A stretch of 26,868 nt of DNA, from positions 1-26,868 of IMG/VR virus record IMGVR_UViG_3300025288_000094. One strand, written 5' to 3'. Of the stretch, positions 1-9,134 are shown in pieces. A program made the translations under genes and the position numbers. How positions within the stretch are numbered: the stretch's first letter is position 1; every line of letters begins with the position of its first letter. The notes under the pieces were generated by a model. The model was not told the origin of the DNA, made no database searches, and saw only the letters and a program-made list of their open reading frames with translations. The stretch comes from a virus (taxonomy: Duplodnaviria > Caudoviricetes).

Positions 1-2
1 CG

Positions 3-71
3 GTGGGAGCCAGCACGGGCACGATCACTCTCACGCGGCGGCTCGGCGCGATGCCCACGGTGCTGCTGTGA
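3..71 (+). CDS. 3' end of upstream gene (partial)
   Basis: Open frame VGASTGTITLTRRLGAMPTVLL* whose TGA (69-71) overlaps the GTG start at 68 (GTGA coupling, as elsewhere in the window). Confidence 0.5.
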   Translation: MGASTGTITLTRRLGAMPTVLL

Positions 72-1432
72 GCACGCTGACGGTCGAGCGATCTGCGACG
101 GCGGAGCTTGCGCTGACCGTCTCGCAGAACGGAGGCGTCTCGGGCCTGGCTGCGGTCGTCGCCGTGCGCGACGGCGCGTCATACCTCGATTGGTTCGACA
201 TGACCTTCAAGGCCGCTGGCTGGACCACGCGGCAAGCCGCGATGATTGAGATCGGCGACGGCCACTACCGACACTCGCTCGACCTCGCGGCGATCACGAA
301 CCTCCCAAGTGCAACTGTTGCGCTCTCGGCGGAGTACGCGACCACGGGCGCGGTGGCGGCATCGGCGCATGATCTGCTGCTGCTGGTGGCATCGTTCCTG
401 GATCTGCCGACGGCGGCGGCGGTGGCCTCGGTGCAGGCAGATGCGGACGACATTCAGACGCGGCTTCCTGCGGCGCTTGTGAGCGGGCGACTCGACGCGA
501 GCGTAGGCGCGATGGCGGCTGGCGTACTGACTGCCTCATCGCTCGCGGCTGATGCGGTGGCCGAGGTGGCCGACGCGATCTGGGATGAAGCGAAGGCAGG
601 GCACATTGCTGCCGGGAGCTTCGGCGAGGAGGTGCAAGGCCACGCGACGCAGGCCGAGATCCTTTCCGACGCCACGCCTTTCGCTGGCGCCTCCATTGCA
701 GCGATCCTCGCGGACACCGATTCGCTCGACGCCACCAAGATCACGACCGCGCGCGCGAACGCTCTCGATGAGATCACGGTGGCGCGCCTTGGAGAGTTGG
801 ACGCGGCGAACCTGCCGGCGGACATCGCCGCAGTTCAGGCAGACGTGGACGACATTCAAACGCGTCTTCCTGCAACGCTTGTTGGTGGGCGCATCGACGC
901 GAGCGTCGGCGCGATGGCGGCGGGCGTCGTGACGGCCTCGGCGATCGCCACCAACGCCCTCGACGCCGATGCCCTGGCGACGGATGCAGTCGCTGAGATC
1001 GTGGCTGCAACAGACGCGCAACTCGCCGGGACGCATGGCGCAGGCGCATGGGTGACAGCGACGGGCTTCGCGACGGCAGCTTCGATCTGGGACGAACCGC
1101 GCGCAGGGCACAAAGCGGCTGGCTCCTTCGGCCTTGCCGTCGATGCAGTGTCCGCAGAGTCTACCGTGGGAGCGTCGCCAGCGCCCACAGAGACGTCCTT
1201 CCCCACGAGCCTCACGCAAACAGACGGCTTCTGGGCGAACCAGTTGCTGGTGATCGTCCGCGCAGCGACTGGAGAAGCGCTCTCGCGCAACATCGACGGC
1301 TACCTGAGCGCCAACGGCCTGATCACTGTGCCAGCGTTGCCCTTCGTCCCGGCCGTCGGCGACGTCGTGTTGCTCATGCGCAGGCAAGGCGGGAGTCTCA
1401 ACGCTGAAGTGGTAGCCTCCAACAGGAACTGA
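68..1432 (+). CDS. Ala/Asp-rich putative virion structural or decoration protein with internal repeats
   Basis: 454-aa ORF. Duplicated VQADxDDIQTRLPAxLVxGRxDASVGAMAAGV and IWDExxAGHxAAGSFG motifs, beta-rich terminal domains, located just before the neck genes. Confidence 0.7.
   Translation: MSTLTVERSATAELALTVSQNGGVSGLAAVVAVRDGASYLDWFDMTFKAAGWTTRQAAMIEIGDGHYRHSLDLAAITNLPSATVALSAEYATTGAVAASAHDLLLLVASFLDLPTAAAVASVQADADDIQTRLPAALVSGRLDASVGAMAAGVLTASSLAADAVAEVADAIWDEAKAGHIAAGSFGEEVQGHATQAEILSDATPFAGASIAAILADTDSLDATKITTARANALDEITVARLGELDAANLPADIAAVQADVDDIQTRLPATLVGGRIDASVGAMAAGVVTASAIATNALDADALATDAVAEIVAATDAQLAGTHGAGAWVTATGFATAASIWDEPRAGHKAAGSFGLAVDAVSAESTVGASPAPTETSFPTSLTQTDGFWANQLLVIVRAATGEALSRNIDGYLSANGLITVPALPFVPAVGDVVLLMRRQGGSLNAEVVASNRN
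431..928 (+). repeat. Imperfect ~96-bp direct repeat pair (about 431-526 and 833-928) within the first CDS
   Basis: gtgcaggcagatgcggacgacattcagacgcggcttcctgc... vs gttcaggcagacgtggacgacattcaaacgcgtcttcctgc..., both continuing tcgacgcgagcgtNggcgcgatggcggcNggcgt. Confidence 0.85.
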
Positions 1433-1445
1433 GAGAGAGAGCGCC

Positions 1446-2522
1446 ATGGCACGAATCGAACGACTCCAGACCTCGGACTGCGCAAACCCGATCTTAGACA
1501 TCTACTTCGCACTCGCCGGAACCCCGATCGACGTCGACACGTTGGAGTTCCAAGTCTTCGAGCAAGTGACGGCAGCGCCCACGCTGACGCAGGTTTACCC
1601 GCTCACCGGCCGCGCCACCGTCGATCTCTCGGCATGCCCGACAGGCGCCAAGATCGCGACAGGGCACTACGTCGCCGAGTGGACGGTGCCAGTCGATGAG
1701 CCAGTGGGGACACACGTCCTCAAATGGTTCTACAAGCAGACGCCCTCTTCACCCGAACGCGCGTTCCAAGAAGAGTTCGAGGTGCTCGCCATCGCGGCCC
1801 CTTCGACCGTTGATGGCTACTGCATGGTGCAGGACATCCGCGACGAGGGCGTGCCTGTATCCATGTTCGACGACGCGCAGGTGCAGACAGCGATTACGCG
1901 CGCCTCGCGCCTCGTCGATCTTTTCACCGAGCGATGGTTCGAGCCTCGCGCCATGACCTTCTTGCTCAACGGGCGTGGCACGCGCACCGCCTTTCTCGGC
2001 GTCCCCATCATCAGCATTTCCTCCGTTGCAGTCGACGGTTTGGAGCTCCTCGCCGACGAATACTACGTCTTCAACCGCCACCTAACGGAGAACCTTTCAA
2101 AGCCCGACGACAGGCAGACGCCGCGGATTGAGCTCGGCCAGCCTCGCTTCGGTTACCGAGTCGCGCACTTCGGGCGCCTTTTCCCATACGGGCAACTGAA
2201 CATCAGCGTCTCCGGCGTGTTCGGGTACACCGACTACGACTCATCGAATGCGCAAGGGAAGACGCCAGACATCATCGTCCATGTCACGAAGCTCCTCGTG
2301 ATGCGGGAGATGTGGCGCATGTTCGATCAGGCGGACGATCGAGACGACGCCGCGAGAAAGAAGTTCGTCACGAACTTGAAGACCAGAGATCAGTCCGTGA
2401 GCTACGCTAACCCTGCCTTCGGTTCATTCAAACAGGTTGGAGTTGGTGCGTTCACCGGCGACCCGGAGATCGACACCATTCTTGCTCGTTACCGCAGGCC
2501 CATCGACATCGCGGCGGTGTGA
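1446..2522 (+). CDS. Head-tail connector/adaptor protein with an extra N-terminal beta-sandwich domain
   Basis: 358 aa. After ~120 aa comes YCMVQDIRDEG...AITRASRLVDLFTERWF...ISVSGVFGY...ILARYRR, a pattern typical of HK97 gp6/SPP1 gp15-like connectors. Position fits. Confidence 0.65.
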   Translation: MARIERLQTSDCANPILDIYFALAGTPIDVDTLEFQVFEQVTAAPTLTQVYPLTGRATVDLSACPTGAKIATGHYVAEWTVPVDEPVGTHVLKWFYKQTPSSPERAFQEEFEVLAIAAPSTVDGYCMVQDIRDEGVPVSMFDDAQVQTAITRASRLVDLFTERWFEPRAMTFLLNGRGTRTAFLGVPIISISSVAVDGLELLADEYYVFNRHLTENLSKPDDRQTPRIELGQPRFGYRVAHFGRLFPYGQLNISVSGVFGYTDYDSSNAQGKTPDIIVHVTKLLVMREMWRMFDQADDRDDAARKKFVTNLKTRDQSVSYANPAFGSFKQVGVGAFTGDPEIDTILARYRRPIDIAAV

Positions 2523-2523
2523 G

Positions 2524-3054
2524 GTGGCGCGCGGACGACTCATCTTCCCTTTCCGCGTCGACCTCGCGCAACTCGACACTGAGGCAACGCAGGCAGACCC
2601 AGACGGCGCTGGACCGTTGCTCTCAGGCTACGATGACGAGTTCCGAGAGCCTGTGATCGTTCCGCCGACCGCTGGCTCAGCGCGTGGCGTGAGCGCGCGG
2701 GCGGAGACGATCATTCGCTGCCCTGTGCAGATCGAAGACGACGACATGGAGAAGTTGCAGATGTTCGCCAGCGGCAACTCGCCAGAGTCGTCTGTGACCC
2801 TGGTCTTCCACTTCAAGGAGCTGGAGCGCAACGGCTTCGTCGACGCCGTCTCGGGCGAGGCGCTGATCCGCGTCAACGACCGGCTGCACGCCATCTACAC
2901 CAGGCGGGACGTGCTCGTGCAGATGGTGCGGAATCCACCTGGGCTCTTTTGCACGGAGGCGAAGCCGCGGAGCTTCGGGCTCTCCACGCAAAGCTCGTCT
3001 CGCAATTTGCTCGTCTGCAAATTCGAGGCGCGAGACCTCTCTGTGCGCGGATGA
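2524..3054 (+). CDS. Putative head-closure (stopper) protein
   Basis: Probable GTG start at 2524 just after the connector stop. GYDDEFREP motif, beta-rich, sits between connector and tail completion genes. Confidence 0.55.
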   Translation: MARGRLIFPFRVDLAQLDTEATQADPDGAGPLLSGYDDEFREPVIVPPTAGSARGVSARAETIIRCPVQIEDDDMEKLQMFASGNSPESSVTLVFHFKELERNGFVDAVSGEALIRVNDRLHAIYTRRDVLVQMVRNPPGLFCTEAKPRSFGLSTQSSSRNLLVCKFEARDLSVRG

Positions 3055-3569
3055 CGTTCACTGGCGACTGGGCGAAGGCGCGGCGCATCCTGCGTGTGGG
3101 CAAAGATGGGCGGCTGAAAAACGCCATCAAGATCGCGCTGCGCCAAGAGGCCGAATGGTTCCGGCGCGAGGTCGTGGTGGGCATCAGGAACCAGGCGCCT
3201 GGCGGCAAGCAGTTCAAACCGCTGAAGCCAGCGACCATCGCTGCGAAGGGAAGCAGCAAGGCGCTCATCGACTCCAACACTTTGCGCCGCTCCATCACCC
3301 GCAAGACCTTCGACGGCGGCGACAAGCAGTTCGTCGGCGTGCTCCGAACGGCTCGCGAGAAGAACGGAAGCGCAGTCGCCGACATCGCAGCGATCCACGA
3401 GTACGGCGCGCCGAAGGCGAACATCCCTGCGCGCCCTTTCCTGCAGCCCGTCGAAGATGCCACCGGCAAGGACTCGCCCAAGAGGATGCTGGCTCGCGTC
3501 GCCATCCTCCTCGGGGGCGACTTGGGGCGGCTGCTCTTCAACGGGATCTCGCTCAAGTCCTCGAAATGA
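3051..3569 (+). CDS. Virion morphogenesis / tail completion protein (Mu gpG / P2 gpS-like)
   Basis: ATGA overlap start at 3051. Basic 172-aa protein with KPLKPATIAAKGSSKALIDSNTLRRSI, AAIHEYG and IPARPFL motifs. Confidence 0.8.
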   Translation: MTFTGDWAKARRILRVGKDGRLKNAIKIALRQEAEWFRREVVVGIRNQAPGGKQFKPLKPATIAAKGSSKALIDSNTLRRSITRKTFDGGDKQFVGVLRTAREKNGSAVADIAAIHEYGAPKANIPARPFLQPVEDATGKDSPKRMLARVAILLGGDLGRLLFNGISLKSSK

Positions 3570-3583
3570 GATGGCTGACGGAT

Positions 3584-3683
3584 CGCGCCTTTGGCGCTGT
3601 GCTGCCCTCTGTGGCGTTTTTTGCTCTACCCGACCTTGGGTCCACGGCGCGGCCGCTGATGGCGCCACGGCGCGGCCTGTGCG
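3584..3683. repeat. Dispersed intergenic element, copy A
   Basis: Reverse complement matches 15488 onward at 34/43 positions ungapped. Contains CTGTGG(3609)-N50-CCACGG(3670). Confidence 0.7.
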
Positions 3684-3689
3684 CGGCGT

Positions 3690-3723
3690 CGGCGCACGGC
3701 GCCCAACGCTGGGCCGTGCGCTG
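3690..3723 (+). terminator. GC-rich hairpin, possible terminator without U-tract
   Basis: cggcgcacggcgccca-acgc-tgggccgtgcgctg forms a ~14-bp bulged stem in the intergenic gap. Confidence 0.4.
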
Positions 3724-3743
3724 GCGTGGTCCTCTGACCATGG

Positions 3744-3758
3744 TGTAGACTGCTCCTC
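3744..3758 (+). promoter_or_regulatory. Putative -10 element of a leaderless promoter
   Basis: TG-TAGACT (hexamer 3746-3751), then 7 nt (gctcctc), then GTG at 3759. No Shine-Dalgarno. Same layout as 15687-15701. Confidence 0.5.
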
Positions 3759-5018
3759 GTGGCAGTCCCTTCAGTCGTCAACGTGATCCCAGCGCGAGGC
3801 CCGACGGCGGGCCGTGGGCTCGTGGAGGTTTTCGGAGACGGCTTCTCCGTCCTTGTCCCGGCGGAAAGCCCGGGCGGCCCGGCTCCAGCGCCAGTCCCTA
3901 CGGTCGAAGTTCTCTTCGACGGCGTCGCTGCGCATCGCGTCGCCGTGCCTCTCTCGAACAGGCTGATCGTCGAAGTGCCTCCGAGCCCCATCGCTCCTGC
4001 GCCTGTGATCATGGCGGGCTCCCCCGCGCTCACTTTCGCCGCCTCCGGGCCCGACACCATCACGAGAGACAGCGGTTCGTGGATCGACGACGGCTTCCGA
4101 GCAGGCATGCGTGTCCTGATCGTTCGCTCAGACTCCAACGACGACTCTTGGCTGCTCATCGCGAGCGTCAGTGCGCTCGTGCTGACCTTCGACGCCAGCG
4201 TTTCGCTGGTCGCAGAGGGTCCGACTGCGGACGTCGCCGTGCGCTCGAACAGCTACGGGGAAGGCGCAGTCGCGCTCACCATTCGCAACCTCGACTCGCT
4301 CGGAGAACCAGTTCCTGGCGAGGAAGTCGTCGTGCCAGACGCCTACACCTACGAGCGCGTGCAGCTCGGCACGGAGTCAGACCTCACCAGGATCTGCCGC
4401 GAGCTGATCCGCCAAGTGCGTCTGCAGGTGATCCCGAACGCGGCGATGACTGAGAACACAGACTTCGATGCGAGCGTGGAAGATCGTCTGAACACTGCCG
4501 GACTGGCAGCGTTCCCGGCCGTCGTGCTGATCGGCCCGACGTTGGGGGAGAACCGCGTGCTCTCCACGAACGAAGAGCAGGAAGTCACGCTTGCCTCCGG
4601 CGAGGTCCAAGTCCGCAGGGCTCCGTTCACCATCGATCTAGACTTCGGCGTACTGCTGGTGAGCAACAACAAGGTCGAGTCCATCAACTTGATGGGTCTC
4701 TGGCTACAGTTCGTCGACCGCAACCACACGCTCGCACTTGCCCGCGATCCCAACGATGCGTCGCTCGGCGTTGTGGAGTATGAGTTGGACGTGGCGCTCG
4801 GCAGCACGCTGGTTGTGGATGGTCAAAAAGGTTCTTCTAATCTCCGTTCGGCCTCGGGCACTTTGATCGTTCGCGGGTTCGATCTGGAGGATCTCGCTGG
4901 CTTCGCCGACGAGAAGGTGGTTGACGTGACTGCTGAGGTTGGGGAGGCTGGTGTCACACTGAACGTCAGCCAGACAGGCGTGAGCTACGCAGTTGGGCCG
5001 AGCCCTGGAGGTTTGTGA
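3759..5018 (+). CDS. IPT/TIG-domain protein fused to a putative tail terminator (Pvc16/Afp16-like) domain
   Basis: N-terminal PSVVNVIPARGPTAGRGLVEVFGDGF...VEVLFDG...AYTY is an IPT/TIG signature. C-terminal half (PFTIDLDFGVLLVSNN...) and position before the sheath suggest a terminator. Confidence 0.6.
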   Translation: MAVPSVVNVIPARGPTAGRGLVEVFGDGFSVLVPAESPGGPAPAPVPTVEVLFDGVAAHRVAVPLSNRLIVEVPPSPIAPAPVIMAGSPALTFAASGPDTITRDSGSWIDDGFRAGMRVLIVRSDSNDDSWLLIASVSALVLTFDASVSLVAEGPTADVAVRSNSYGEGAVALTIRNLDSLGEPVPGEEVVVPDAYTYERVQLGTESDLTRICRELIRQVRLQVIPNAAMTENTDFDASVEDRLNTAGLAAFPAVVLIGPTLGENRVLSTNEEQEVTLASGEVQVRRAPFTIDLDFGVLLVSNNKVESINLMGLWLQFVDRNHTLALARDPNDASLGVVEYELDVALGSTLVVDGQKGSSNLRSASGTLIVRGFDLEDLAGFADEKVVDVTAEVGEAGVTLNVSQTGVSYAVGPSPGGL

Positions 5019-5019
5019 G

Positions 5020-5406
5020 ATGACCGTTACCTTGATCAACAAGTCCGCGCGACGCCAGCTCTTGGAGCTCCGCCACCCAACCTTCTACCGTGCGGTCTGG
5101 GGCTACCACGTTCAGACGGTGCGAACGTCCGAACTGAACCCGAAAACTGGCAACAGACGCACCTTGGAGACGAAGAAGAAGTCTCCAGGCACGCTGACGC
5201 TCCTCGGTGGTCAGCGCATCGTGGGCTTGCCGGACGACATCATGCTGTGCCCAGACGTCGAAAAGAAGCGACGCGCAGGACTCATTTTGATCGCCTTCGA
5301 TGCGTCGGCCGAGACCGGGCTCGCCACGGCGCCTTGCGAGACCACGGCTCACGCTGCACCCGAAGCGTCAACCACGAAGCGCCGCAAGGCGTCCGACAAC
5401 GCGTAG
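5020..5406 (+). CDS. Small basic hypothetical protein upstream of sheath
   Basis: ATG at 5020 with GGAGG SD, 128 aa, fills the gap between terminator and sheath. Confidence 0.7.
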   Translation: MTVTLINKSARRQLLELRHPTFYRAVWGYHVQTVRTSELNPKTGNRRTLETKKKSPGTLTLLGGQRIVGLPDDIMLCPDVEKKRRAGLILIAFDASAETGLATAPCETTAHAAPEASTTKRRKASDNA

Positions 5407-5417
5407 TGAGGTAACCC

Positions 5418-7640
5418 ATGAGTCAAGAACTACTCGCAAGCAAGATCGTCACGCAGGAAGACCCCCCGCGCATTCGCCAGATCAAGGGCGTGGCGACGAA
5501 CGTCTACGGCATCATCGGCATCACCGAGCGTGGTCCGGTGGGCAGCGTGGAACGGGTGACCTCTCACGATGCTTGGCTCGCCATCTTCGGGGGAGACATC
5601 GTCGACGGTGATGCTTCGCACGCTGTCCGCGGCTTCTTCGAAAACGGCGGTCAATCACTCGACTTCGTCCGCACAGTCCACTACACGGACGTGACGAACG
5701 CGGCCACGAAGACGAGCGCGGCTGGCACCTCCACGCTGCAGACTGCCGCGGGCGCACCCACGAAGGGCAGCGTACTGGGCACGGCCACCGAGCCTTTCAA
5801 CCTGGCGGCCGGCGATACCGTCGACGTCACAACTGATCTCGGTGGGCCGACCACCACGACTTTGACGGCCACGGCTGCCAGCGTGACCGGTGGCGCAGTC
5901 CAGCCTTTCATTCTCACCGACGGCATGACGCTCACTTTCAACGTGGACGGCGTACCTCAGTCGGTCACGTTCCTGACGGCTGAGTTCTCCGTCATCGGAG
6001 CGGCCACCGCGCTCGAAGTCGCGGCGGTGGTGAACGCGAAGGCCACCGGGGTGAGCGCGACCGTCAGCGCTGGCGCCGTCAAGATCACCTCCGACACGCT
6101 CGGAACTGGCTCCACGCTCGGCACTTTCGGTGGCACCGCACTCGCCGTGCTCGGCTTCACCGGACTCAGCGGCGCAGGCACCGGCAACGTCGCTTCGATC
6201 GATGCGGTCACTGTCGCTGAGTTGAAGGCCGCAATCGAACTCGCTGTCGCTGGCGTGACCGTCTCCAGCGCCGGCGGCGCGGTACAGATCGAGCGCAACT
6301 CGGCTGGCGCGGCCTTCTCTGTGCAGGTCGCCTCCTCGTCCACGGCCGACGACGAACTCGGCTTCGACAACGCGACCCACTCTGGCACGAGCGGCGCAGC
6401 GCAAGACACGCTAACCGTCGACGGCAAGACCGACGGCAGCTACGCCGCCGACATTGCGTCGAGCGTGGTTGACGCTTCCTCGGGCGTTGCCGAACAGTTC
6501 AACTACCGTGTGCTCGACGGTGGTCTCGTCGCCGAGTCCTTCCCCAACGTCAACATGGACACGATCGTTGCGGTCGTGAACGACCCCGACACGGGCTCGA
6601 AGTACGTGGCGCTCACGGACGCTGGCGCGTCTGGGACGCTACTGCAACGTCGCCCGGCGAACGGCACGTCCGCCAACCTCACCGGAGGCAATGACGGGAT
6701 CGTGGGCCTGTCAGACATCGACTTCATCGGCTCCGCTGCTGGGCCCACAGGCTTGCGTGTACTGGACGCCTCGCTCGACCTTTCGATCCTCTCGGTTCCA
6801 GACCGGCCGACGAGCGCGGTTCAGAACGCGATGCTGAGCTACTGTTCGGATACGCGCAACGGCCAGTGCATCGCGATTCTCGATCCGCCCGCTGGCTTGG
6901 ACGAGAACGGGATCGTGACCTACGTCGAGACGACTGCTTCGCTCGAGGACTTGTCGGAGTTCGGCGCCATTTACTGGCCGCAGATCAAGGTGCTCAACCC
7001 GAACACCACGGTCTTCGGATCAGATACGGCGATCGTCGTGCCGCCGTCCGGCCACATTGCTGGCGTCTACGCGCGGACCGATGGCTCGCAGCTCGGCGGT
7101 GTCTTCCAGCAGCCAGCAGGCATCGAGCGCGGCATCTTGAAAGGCGTCGTGGGCTTCGAAACGGACATCGTGATGCAGGAGGCGAAGCGCGACATCGTCT
7201 TCCCTCACCGCATCAACCCGCTCACAACCGAGGACGGTCTGCCGCTCTACATCGACGGCGCGCGCACGTTGAAGGGCAACGGCAATTTCCCTTCCGTGGG
7301 CGAGCGTCGAGGCGTGATCTACATTGAGCAATCGATCAAGCGCGGACTGCAGTTCGTCCGGCATCAGAACAACACACCTGCGCTCCGTGCGCGGGTCAAC
7401 AGGACGGTCGCTGCCTTCCTGCTTCAGCAGTACAACCAGGGCGCTTTCCGTGGCGCTACGCCCTCCGCCTCGTTCTTCGTCGACACTGGCGACGCATTGA
7501 ACACCCCGACCGAAATCTTCGCAGGCAAGCTGATCGCGGCCATCGGCCTCGCCACCAACAAGCCCGCTGAGTTCGTAGTGCTCCGGTTCTCGCAGGACAC
7601 GCGGGACATCGAAACCGAACTGGCCAAGGCCGGCATTTGA
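5418..7640 (+). CDS. Contractile tail sheath protein with large insertion
   Basis: 740 aa, GAGG SD. Sheath motifs [74 protein letters not shown]. Confidence 0.95.
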   Translation: MSQELLASKIVTQEDPPRIRQIKGVATNVYGIIGITERGPVGSVERVTSHDAWLAIFGGDIVDGDASHAVRGFFENGGQSLDFVRTVHYTDVTNAATKTSAAGTSTLQTAAGAPTKGSVLGTATEPFNLAAGDTVDVTTDLGGPTTTTLTATAASVTGGAVQPFILTDGMTLTFNVDGVPQSVTFLTAEFSVIGAATALEVAAVVNAKATGVSATVSAGAVKITSDTLGTGSTLGTFGGTALAVLGFTGLSGAGTGNVASIDAVTVAELKAAIELAVAGVTVSSAGGAVQIERNSAGAAFSVQVASSSTADDELGFDNATHSGTSGAAQDTLTVDGKTDGSYAADIASSVVDASSGVAEQFNYRVLDGGLVAESFPNVNMDTIVAVVNDPDTGSKYVALTDAGASGTLLQRRPANGTSANLTGGNDGIVGLSDIDFIGSAAGPTGLRVLDASLDLSILSVPDRPTSAVQNAMLSYCSDTRNGQCIAILDPPAGLDENGIVTYVETTASLEDLSEFGAIYWPQIKVLNPNTTVFGSDTAIVVPPSGHIAGVYARTDGSQLGGVFQQPAGIERGILKGVVGFETDIVMQEAKRDIVFPHRINPLTTEDGLPLYIDGARTLKGNGNFPSVGERRGVIYIEQSIKRGLQFVRHQNNTPALRARVNRTVAAFLLQQYNQGAFRGATPSASFFVDTGDALNTPTEIFAGKLIAAIGLATNKPAEFVVLRFSQDTRDIETELAKAGI

Positions 7641-7650
7641 GGAGTGAGTC

Positions 7651-8109
7651 ATGACTGTTATCGGTACACCGCGATCCTTCTACAAGAAGTTCAAGTTCCG
7701 CGTGGAGATCGACGGCTTCGCCAGTTCGGCCTTCCAAGACTGTTCCGAGCTCTCCGCCGAGGTGGCGGTGACGGAGCAGTGGGAAGGCGGAGCCATGACG
7801 CCGGACAAGTCCCCTGGTCGGCTCACCTACGCGGACGTCACGCTTTCGCGCGGCACCACCACGAACACGGACATCGCTGACTGGTTCGAGGAAGTTGCGA
7901 ACGCGGCGGCCGACAGTGGTCTCGTCGATCCTGCGTACAAGCGCATGGTCGAGATCGTGCAATTGGACCGGGACGGCACGGAACTCGGGCGCAAGCGCCT
8001 CTACGAAGCCTGGCCGAACAAGTACGTCGCTGGCGACTGGGACAACACATCAGACGACAACGTGATCGAGAAGCTCACGCTGTCCTTCCAATTCTTCCAG
8101 TCGGTCTGA
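7651..8109 (+). CDS. Tail tube protein (T4 gp19 / Afp1-like)
   Basis: 152 aa, GAGGAG SD. KFKFRVEIDG...FQDCSEL...EGG...PGRLTYADVTLSRG...AWPNKY...IEKLTL; directly follows the sheath. Confidence 0.93.
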   Translation: MTVIGTPRSFYKKFKFRVEIDGFASSAFQDCSELSAEVAVTEQWEGGAMTPDKSPGRLTYADVTLSRGTTTNTDIADWFEEVANAAADSGLVDPAYKRMVEIVQLDRDGTELGRKRLYEAWPNKYVAGDWDNTSDDNVIEKLTLSFQFFQSV

Positions 8110-8120
8110 TTCACAGACCG
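8102..8120 (+). terminator. Stem-loop at the end of the tube gene
   Basis: cggtctg-attca-cagaccg, perfect 7-bp stem overlapping the tube stop codon, no U-tract. Confidence 0.45.
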
Positions 8121-8139
8121 GGTGCATACGGGGTGAGTT

Positions 8140-8931
8140 ATGCAGTTGACGATCGAGTGCCCTTCGGGGCTGTGCGGAATCGTGACGCACTTGGAGGTGC
8201 GCGATTCAAAGTGCCTGACTGACGTTCGAGCCATGCGCTCGGGTCAGGCAGCGCATGCGATTCTCCAGGCGTGTTGGAAGGAGACGTTGGACCCTGGTCC
8301 GTACAAATTCTCCGGCGCGCCCGATTGGAGCAAAGTGTTGGCGTGCGACCTCATCTACGCCACCCTCATGGTGCGCGCGGCGACGCACGGAAACGTCGAG
8401 GAGTTGGACCTTCAATGCCCGGCGTGCCGCAAGAAGTTCGTCTGGGATCTCCCGATCGATCAGCTCCCGGTCTACCCGCTTCCGCCCGAGTCTGTGGCGA
8501 AGATCGCTGCAGGAGACAATCTCTTCACTGCGACCTTGTCGAACGGTGCGGTCGCCCAGTTCCGCCTGTTGGACGGGGCGGCGCAGCTCAAGGCCGTTGA
8601 GTCCGTTCAGGAGTGTGGAAACGAGATCATGCTCGCGGCGCTGACAACGCGCGTGATCAGCATCGAGGGCGTGGATCAGACGAAGCTCGGCGACTACATC
8701 GCGCACCTTTCGATGCACGAGGCGCAGCTCTTCATCGACGCCTTCGACGAGGTCGACGGCGGAGTTGAGACGCTGTTCGACGTCTACTGCCCGAAATGCG
8801 GCCACGAATGGGAGGTGGACCTCCCTTTGGACCTTCAGCGGATGTTCTCTCCCAAGCGTCGGGCGCGGAGACGCAAGAAGGAAGGGACAACGCTGCACGC
8901 GGGGCCTGGTTTGGAGACGCCTCCCGTTTGA
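8140..8931 (+). CDS. Tail assembly chaperone / hub assembly protein with two CxxC motifs
   Basis: 263 aa between tube and tape measure. LQCPACRKKFVWDLPID and VYCPKCGHEWEVDLPLD. Confidence 0.75.
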   Translation: MQLTIECPSGLCGIVTHLEVRDSKCLTDVRAMRSGQAAHAILQACWKETLDPGPYKFSGAPDWSKVLACDLIYATLMVRAATHGNVEELDLQCPACRKKFVWDLPIDQLPVYPLPPESVAKIAAGDNLFTATLSNGAVAQFRLLDGAAQLKAVESVQECGNEIMLAALTTRVISIEGVDQTKLGDYIAHLSMHEAQLFIDAFDEVDGGVETLFDVYCPKCGHEWEVDLPLDLQRMFSPKRRARRRKKEGTTLHAGPGLETPPV

Positions 8932-9134
8932 GCCTTTGGGGCATCTTCACCGGTCTCGACCGCGATACGATCTTTGGACTCGTGAGGCGCCTCTGCTACT
9001 CGCTTCACGGCGGCTCGGGCTACTCGTTCACAAGGGAAGACGTGATGAACATGGGGCTCGGAGAAGCGTTCGAGTACGTGGAATACCTCGGCGAGTTTCG
9101 CAAGGCTGAAGCTGAGGCGTTGAAGTCTGGTTAG
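8928..9134 (+). CDS. Second chaperone ORF (gpGT-like C-terminal part, or a separate 68-aa protein)
   Basis: -1 frame relative to 8140..8931, open from 8796. Possible TTG start at 8928 overlapping the TGA. Pattern FTREDVMNMGLGE resembles post-chaperone ORFs. Confidence 0.6.
   Translation: MSLWGIFTGLDRDTIFGLVRRLCYSLHGGSGYSFTREDVMNMGLGEAFEYVEYLGEFRKAEAEALKSG

Noticed and set aside
1431-1442. Short (GA)n run before the connector start
   Set aside because: Too short for credible phase variation; probably acts as a purine-rich ribosome-binding region.
536-1501. 321-aa minus-strand ORF, and the many similar overlapping ORFs in the track
   Set aside because: Overlap well-supported + strand genes and have frame-shadow composition.
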